The position numbers and the translations under genes are program-made. Under the pieces are notes generated by a model. The model searched no databases and was not told the origin of the DNA. It saw only the letters and a program-made list of their open reading frames with translations. Of a DNA stretch of 64,000 nucleotides, positions 60,483 through 64,000 are shown one piece after another. The stretch's first letter is position 1. Each line of letters begins with the position of its first letter. The stretch is from the NCBI RefSeq assembly GCF_011745625.1, contig NW_027191458.1, forward strand, positions 124,001-188,000, given 5' to 3'. Source of the DNA: Cladosporium halotolerans. Taxonomy: Eukaryota.

Positions 60483-62145
60483 ATGCCACAGGCGGTACCA
60501 CACATGTATATTGCGGGCCTTGCTCGAAACGGCTGCTGCTACTGAAACAATAAGAAACCTGTCCCTGTCATTCAATATGTGTGTGACCCGGCACGTTGGG
60601 AGGCGTGGAAGGGTGTCCCTGTGACATTGTCCCGCGGCTCACTTCCTGCCGCGTTTGATCGGCGCGGCATGACTCTAGCAATAAGGAGCGATGTGTCTGG
60701 CAGTTGGGACCGTCCTGAAGGCTCAGTCGGCGTATTGTCGCGATGACGGCCTCCACATGTTCGGTATCCAGGTTTTGCTCGAGCATTATTAATCAGCGAA
60801 GAATGCCGCTTCAATTGTTGAGCGAAGGCTTAGTGTTCCATTAGGGCGACGGTAAGGACCGAGGGCGTTGTCTTCAGAGCCCGTCTGCAGCGGGACTTCC
60901 CTCATCACATTCCTTCGTTCATTTTGAAGAACGCCGCAATAATGGCGTACCGCTCACACGCCTGGGCAGTCTTGTAGCAACTAAGACCGAGGCAAGAGTG
61001 GTACGTAGCTCCAAGGGAAAATAACTCCGAAATCAGGCAATGCTCATTTCCATCAGCGGTCATCGTCAGCCAGGATTGATAGCTCGCAATTGATGGACCA
61101 TAAGGATATCACAGGAAGATTTCTTTCCCGTGGGCGCAATGAACCGACCCGGACTAGCCGCCGCAACCAACGTTGGCGTTTTTTGAGGCATTGTCGTTGG
61201 TCGCCCAACTTTCTGCGAGCGCCGCAAGCACAAGCCACGCCTCGGCTGGTGCTTCCCCTCAGGCACCCAGTCCACTTCACTTACACAGCAACATCACTAG
61301 GCTATGTCATGGAGACTTTCTCTCATCGAGCCTCCCTTGCGAATCACTTCGGCCCGCCCTAAGTCTCGCCAAGTGCACGCGACCCGTCCAACACAACGGC
61401 AGAGTCAACTGACAGCAACTGCTGGGTTTGAAACAATAGTTCCTACCGGTGCAATGGCTACCCCTTCGACCACAAGGCCGGATTATTGCATCGCCCCGAG
61501 CATGGCGACCTCAACTCAAGCAAAACGATAGGACGATGGCCCCGGACAGCACTCCCAAGCTCAGAAACGTGATCACCAGGCCATGCGGCCTTCGCAAGCG
61601 AACGTTGCATCCATGCCGATGGCAGCTCTGACAACCTCGCGAAAGCTGTCAAGCCGTTCGCCTTGCCGCAAAGTCATGCAGCCCTCCACAAGTCCCGCAA
61701 CTGCGACTGCAGGCATCGCCGCCTCTTCGACGCTAGCGGCGGTCTACGCCCCCCCTTCCGTGCTGTGAGGCACATCGTTCACTTCAAGGCCCCGATCGGC
61801 ATCGGGTGTCAGGCATCAATCCAGCTCGTGCGCAACTTCTGAACGATGTTCCCTCCACACGCTTCCTTGTGGCGTCGGCCATCCCCTGCAGGTCCCCGAG
61901 CGCCGCCAAACTGCTTGGCGAGGTCGCCGAGGTGTCAAGGCTCGCAGTAGGCTCCGACTACAGTGTTGGAAAATGGAGACCCCGAAGTAGGTGCCTCGTG
62001 GTCGCTGTCGGGGAACGAGGCCGTCAGTGCCGTGCCTGAGCATCGAACATCCCTTATCTCTATAAGAGAGCCCTCGAGCACCAACGTATCCAAGCAGATA
62101 TAAAATCCAGAGCACCATCGACATTTCGATCAGAACTCTTCCACC

Positions 62146-63348
62146 ATGCCCAAGGGAAACTCTCAGCCTGCGCCTGTCAACGCATTCGCTCGGCTCGCAG
62201 TCGCTCAAGCATACGTCGCAGCCAACCGGAAGGGAGCTACCATGCCTGCGACTACTCGCTCGCAGAACCGTGCTACCTACACGGCTTCTCCTCAAGCCCA
62301 AGCTGGCTCTTCGAGGAGCGGTCAGACGCGTGTTGTCACGCCGGGCACGCCTCTATCAACCGCCCAAGGTGACGATGAGGACAGCGACACCGACACCGAC
62401 AGCGACGGGGACGATAGCGATGACGAAAGCGAAGATAGCGACGATAGTGACGAAAGCGATGACGAGGACGATGATGAAACGATTGTAAGCAACATCTTTG
62501 CAATCGGAGAACCAAACGGGCTCGTTAGAAAGGAAAACATGCTGGGCCATCCGACATCGTAAGTGACATCAAGGATCCTTCTATACATCGTCTGACCCTC
62601 AACAGTGCTGAGTATGCGGGACTCGTACGAGTCGTAGCCGACTTTGCGGCTGAGAACTCTGACTTCCTCAAAGCTCTCAAAGCCCGCGTGAAAGTCCCCA
62701 GCGACCAATGGAGCAAGCTCATGGCCAGGCGTCTCAGGACCCGTTGGGAGACGACGATGCTTCGCTTTGATCGCAACCCGTCCGACCCATCGAACCGGTA
62801 CGACGTCATCAACACCGCCCAACGCCTTAAGAATCTTGCGGGCGCCATCAAGCGCATGACGCGTGCCACGTACTGGGAGGCCATGAGGCTCGACACCAGG
62901 ATGGAGTTCTTCAGCCTCCTGCTAGACATCATCCGGGACGTTGTCCGTCGCGACAGGGACCACTACGGGGGCCGCGGCTCGCCGTACGCCCTGCAGTCGG
63001 CCATCGACGTCAATCTGTACCAGCGCCTGATCGGACAATCCCAGGACGTCTTCGCCGTCAAAGTCCTCAGGATCATGATAAAGCGGGAGCTCGGCGTGCC
63101 GCTGTTGAGGCAGATCGCGTACGTCGACGAGATTATCCACGAGCTGAGCCGCCGTCCCAATGCGCGTCCTGGGAGTTCTGTGTCGGGCCGCTCGTCGGCT
63201 TCGTCGGGATCATCGGGGGTCGCGACAAGCTTTGGCGGAGTTTTGTTGAAGCTGCGAGAGAGTGAGTCGACTCCTTAAATTTCGCTGTCAATGTCCGTTG
63301 CTTTTCTAACATTGCTGCCCAGAATTGATCCAACAGCGCGAGCAGTGA
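62146..63348 (+). CDS. Hypothetical protein with a long Asp/Glu/Ser tract (exons 62146..62558, 62606..63261, 63323..63348)
   Basis: CCACCATG start, TATA-like elements near 62060 and 62099. Introns 62559..62605 and 63262..63322 have canonical signals and keep the frame. Ends KLREKLIQQREQ*. Confidence 0.75.
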
Positions 63349-63935
63349 AGGTAGGAGACATACGTCGGCTCAAGCGTGTTCGATACGCGGCAACCATTCG
63401 CTCTTTTCGTCAAAGCCCTACTCTCGGTCTGGTCTTCTGGCGTTCGGGTTGGTTTCGGTTTTCATACAGGATTTTGAAATTGCTCACGCGATGGTCAGTG
63501 AATCTTTCGGTCGCTCATTTTTCTAATCAATCTAAAATATCTCCGCTCCTTCATTTGGATCATGATACCTATGCCTCGTGCGTCACAGTACTGTTGAGTC
63601 ATCATCGTCGTCTCGCTTCTGAAGATGTATCTGCCTGGGAGCCGCAATCTTCCGAAGTAAAAAGATGCAGGTCACGTTTCTGCGAAAACAAAGAATCTCA
63701 TCTAATGTCAACGTTGGGCAGGTCACGTGCACAGCCTGATGTGGCGCAGCCCTTCTTCAAGCCTCATCCCCCGCAAGTCCAACGTCGTCACCAGGACGTC
63801 CCACGCGCTCTCTAGCGCTTTCTACGCCGCCGCCTCACACTCCGACGTACCTACATCGACATACTACTCGCACGAAGTCACCGTCGACAACATCTGGATC
63901 TACCTATCACGGTCTTTCGAGGCATCACACACACC

Positions 63936-64000
63936 ATGGCGGCGAACACACGATACCAAGACGTTCCCCAGCGCGACAGCTTCGAGGAAGCAGGCTACAG
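63936..64000 (+). CDS. 5' end of a gene, probably Bax inhibitor-1 family (Bxi1-like); truncated by the window end
   Basis: CACCATGG start. MAANTRYQDVPQRDSFEEAGY resembles the N-termini I recall for Pezizomycotina Bax-inhibitor proteins. Only 21 codons are visible. Confidence 0.5.
   Translation, partial: MAANTRYQDVPQRDSFEEAGY

Noticed and set aside
61300..62040. Several short open frames suggesting a pseudogene
   Set aside because: I could not find a consistent spliced model or a recognisable protein.
1..64000. CRISPR arrays, rRNA, transposons, TPP riboswitch, TGA-CTA readthrough signals
   Set aside because: Looked for by eye and none seen. The stop codons I checked lack the TGA-CTA context.

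Overview
Gene-dense eukaryotic DNA from a filamentous ascomycete. Evidence: short 47-63 nt GT-AG introns with CT(A/G)AC branch points, Zn2Cys6 factors and an intron-containing tRNA. A Dothideomycetes origin is only my guess. I can build about 22 protein-coding models plus one tRNA-Gly(GCC). In order: FAD monooxygenase (truncated) divergent from a DUF3500 gene, PAN1, a GPI-type protein, a Dcr2-like metallophosphoesterase, a single-TM protein, RCY1, a P/R-rich protein, a synaptojanin-like phosphatase, a small spliced G/S/R-rich orphan, tRNA-Gly, a CAP/PR-1 protein, two Cys6-type regulators, an SMP/C2 (Mug190-like) protein, a peroxisomal 4CL-like ligase, a secreted carboxylesterase, Moco sulfurase, a Ser/Thr kinase, an amino-acid permease, a Yor1-like ABCC transporter, a small bZIP-like protein, an acidic-tract orphan, and the start of a probable Bax-inhibitor gene. 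I saw no transposon, CRISPR array or rRNA. The region is mostly housekeeping. Best leads: (1) the monooxygenase/DUF3500 divergent pair with a palindromic CCG-N6-CGG site; (2) recurrent strand-symmetric C/A-rich to G/T-rich composition flips every few kb; (3) an atypical internal Cys6 cluster visible only after splicing; (4) a hidden orphan gene with a probable GC-AG intron. All family calls come from motif recognition by eye, with no database searches.
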